Source: Isosphaeraceae bacterium
GTDB lineage: Bacteria; Planctomycetota; Planctomycetia; Isosphaerales; Isosphaeraceae
NCBI GenBank assembly: GCA_965201075.1
Contig: CBDAVP010000007.1
Span: 62,001-126,000, forward strand
Direction of reading: 5' to 3'
Length of the DNA stretch: 64,000 bases
The notes under the pieces were generated by a model. The model had not been told where the DNA came from, made no database searches, and saw only the letters and a program-made list of their open reading frames with translations. The position numbers and the translations under genes were made by a program. This document shows, piece by piece, positions 62,072 to 64,000 of the stretch (the stretch's first letter is position 1; the number at the start of each line of letters is the position of its first letter).

Positions 62072-63022
62072 ATGTTCATGGATGCGAAACGGGGCCCGTC
62101 CGTCGACCCCTCCGGCCGCCGACGAGTCGCCCGGATCAGCGTGGAGCGACTGGAGGGCAAGGCCCTCATGAGCCACATGGCCGTGCATGCCAAGGATGTC
62201 ATCGTCCCGGGCGTTTTGCCCGTCGACATCTCGATCCGCCGGTTCAACCAGCCCGGCCCGATCAAAAACATCATCGGGCAGGGATTCGCCGTCAAGGTAC
62301 CCCGATTCAACGGTTATTACACCGGCCCTGTCGGACTTCCGGACGCACAAGCCGATCCGACGAATCCCAACGCCACGGTCGGGGGCGGCAGCGCTCTTAA
62401 CGGCTACCTGAACGCCTCAGGCGCCAAGGCTTACATTGAAGGGAGCAACCTCGTCCTGACTGGCATCATCGCCGGCACGGTCCAGGCCGCCCCCGGCCTT
62501 GGTCAGGAAGCGTACTACAACTTCGGCATCAACCGTGGCGGGGCCTCCCGGACCGGTCCCTTCTTCGGTAAGCCGAAGGTGACGTTCGACTCGGTCGTTC
62601 AGGTCGCAGTCACCCCGGCCGGCCTGAGCGGGACGGTGACGACCTTCGACGCCGCCGGCAATACCCTGACCACCACGGCCATCCCGCCCACGAGCATCGC
62701 CACCAAGACCGATGCGGTCCAGGTGCTGGTGCCACTGAGCGAACTGCCCTCGACGGGTGTCGCGCCTTCGCGATATCGCGTCAGCTTCTTCCCCAGCGAC
62801 AAGCAGGTCCCTGCGAATTTCAATGACATCGCCAGCGTCCTGCCCGAGTTCAACACCTTCCCGGTGAAGGTACTGCGGCGCTACCCGCCATTCCCCAACG
62901 GCGGTGGGACGGTGGGCATTGTTCCGCCGCCGACGGACACCGGCGCCGGCACCACGACGACCACGGGTGGCTCGGGCGCAGGCAATCAGACCGGCTCGGG
63001 AACGGGCGCGACGCAAAACTGA
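62072..63022 (+). CDS. Hypothetical extracellular-type protein with an LExR-like leader and Gly/Thr-rich tail
   Basis: RRRVARISVERLEGKALMS leader; beta-rich body; TTTTTGGSG tail. Confidence 0.6.
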   Translation: MFMDAKRGPSVDPSGRRRVARISVERLEGKALMSHMAVHAKDVIVPGVLPVDISIRRFNQPGPIKNIIGQGFAVKVPRFNGYYTGPVGLPDAQADPTNPNATVGGGSALNGYLNASGAKAYIEGSNLVLTGIIAGTVQAAPGLGQEAYYNFGINRGGASRTGPFFGKPKVTFDSVVQVAVTPAGLSGTVTTFDAAGNTLTTTAIPPTSIATKTDAVQVLVPLSELPSTGVAPSRYRVSFFPSDKQVPANFNDIASVLPEFNTFPVKVLRRYPPFPNGGGTVGIVPPPTDTGAGTTTTTGGSGAGNQTGSGTGATQN

Positions 63023-63097
63023 GCGGGTCGGTCCTTATTCGGACTCAGCCCGAACCGCGGGTTGCGACATCTCTCCGGGTGGTCGTAGAATTGGGTC

Positions 63098-64000
63098 ATG
63101 AACTCGCCCTCGCGACCCCTCGGTCGTTTCCTTCTCGGCCTGGTCCTGGAACTCTCCGTCCAGGCCCAGGCCGTCGCCCTTGAGAAATCCGCCGCTGGGC
63201 TCTCCTCGAAGCTGGCTCGGGTCGACACTCGAGATGGCCGACACCTCACGGGCACCCTGGCTGGAGATTCGCCGACAGAGCTTCGGTTCGTACCAGAAGG
63301 TGGCGAATCCCCGTTTGCGTTAACCGCTGGCTGCGTTGTGACTTTTGATGCGACCTCGCCACCTCCCGCCGGCGCGACCACTCCTCCGTTCCTGATCGAC
63401 CTGGGACTGGGCCAGCGACTCTCGGGGAGGCTCGGTCAGGTTGGCCCGGCGGAAGTCCTTCTTGAGGACGGCCCCGACCGCCGCCCGGTCCACCTGATTC
63501 GATCCGGGGTTCGCGCCTTGCGGCAACGCCCGGGCGAGGTGCTGGTTTTCCAGGACGGTTTCGAATCCCTGGATGTCTCCCACTGGAAAATCGGAGGAGA
63601 TCCGGGGCTCGTTGGTGAGCCCAAACTCAGCGGGGAGCATGCGTTACGCCTGCCGGCCGGTGGGTCGTCGATGACTTATCGAGTCGCGGACCCGGTCGAA
63701 TCGGGTCGGCTGGAAGTAGCCTTTCATGATGACGGGCGGGTCCATCCCGGTCAGCGATGGTTCATCGACATGAAGTTCCGGGGGCCTTCCGGCGACGATT
63801 GGGCGCGGGCTCTGCTCGGCTGGGATGAGCCGACCCTGGCGGTCCAAACGTCCCCGGCGGGGCCGGCGCTTTCGGTCCAGCGGCTGGTCCGTGGTCACGG
63901 CTGGCACCGCCTGAGAGTGGAGTTCGCCTCGGAACGAACGGACCTGACCGTCGACGGGCTCGCCCTCGCACATGGCCACGCCCCTCCCGGTCCCTTGCTG
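63098..64000 (+). CDS. Exported hypothetical protein, 3' end outside the window
   Basis: Frame read from ATG 63098 (MNSPSRPLGRFLLGLVL..AQA..TRDGRHLTGTL..) stays open as far as translated; absent from the ORF track, consistent with no stop in the window. Confidence 0.65.
   Translation, partial: MNSPSRPLGRFLLGLVLELSVQAQAVALEKSAAGLSSKLARVDTRDGRHLTGTLAGDSPTELRFVPEGGESPFALTAGCVVTFDATSPPPAGATTPPFLIDLGLGQRLSGRLGQVGPAEVLLEDGPDRRPVHLIRSGVRALRQRPGEVLVFQDGFESLDVSHWKIGGDPGLVGEPKLSGEHALRLPAGGSSMTYRVADPVESGRLEVAFHDDGRVHPGQRWFIDMKFRGPSGDDWARALLGWDEPTLAVQTSPAGPALSVQRLVRGHGWHRLRVEFASERTDLTVDGLALAHGHAPPGPLL

Overview
High-GC chromosomal window from a planctomycete. The 16S sequence, LExR-motif proteins, DUF1570 and Uma2 genes and a planctomycete-type BON protein point to Planctomycetota, probably Isosphaeraceae (inference, not a database hit). 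Positions 1-30.8 kb: a minus-strand rRNA operon (16S, tRNA-less spacer, 5' end of 23S); a ribose-type sugar ABC transporter interrupted by an antisense Uma2 pseudogene; a surface-glycosylation cluster (flippase, GT4, YfhO-like, AspH-like hydroxylase); ppgK-gnd-zwf; lon; pdxH; tsaE; tRNA-Thr(CGT). Positions 30.8-64 kb: an A2-type aa3 cytochrome c oxidase operon with assembly genes; aguB-aguA; ettA; a PEP-CTERM protein; DUF5131/Uma2; an FHA-GGDEF cyclase; several planctomycete-type envelope proteins. Most unusual observations: (1) oxidase subunit III carries a gapless ribosomal L7/L12 C-terminal-domain-like insert in a predicted periplasmic loop, and the operon's diheme cytochrome c carries a possible winged-helix-like insert; (2) the sugar-binding protein appears circularly permuted; (3) a frameshifted receiver-domain relic lies at the 3' end of tRNA-Thr; (4) the 23S rRNA lacks about 60 nt of domain I. 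No CRISPR array, IS, integrase or prophage was recognised. All family calls are by-eye motif recognition, and several start codons were chosen manually.
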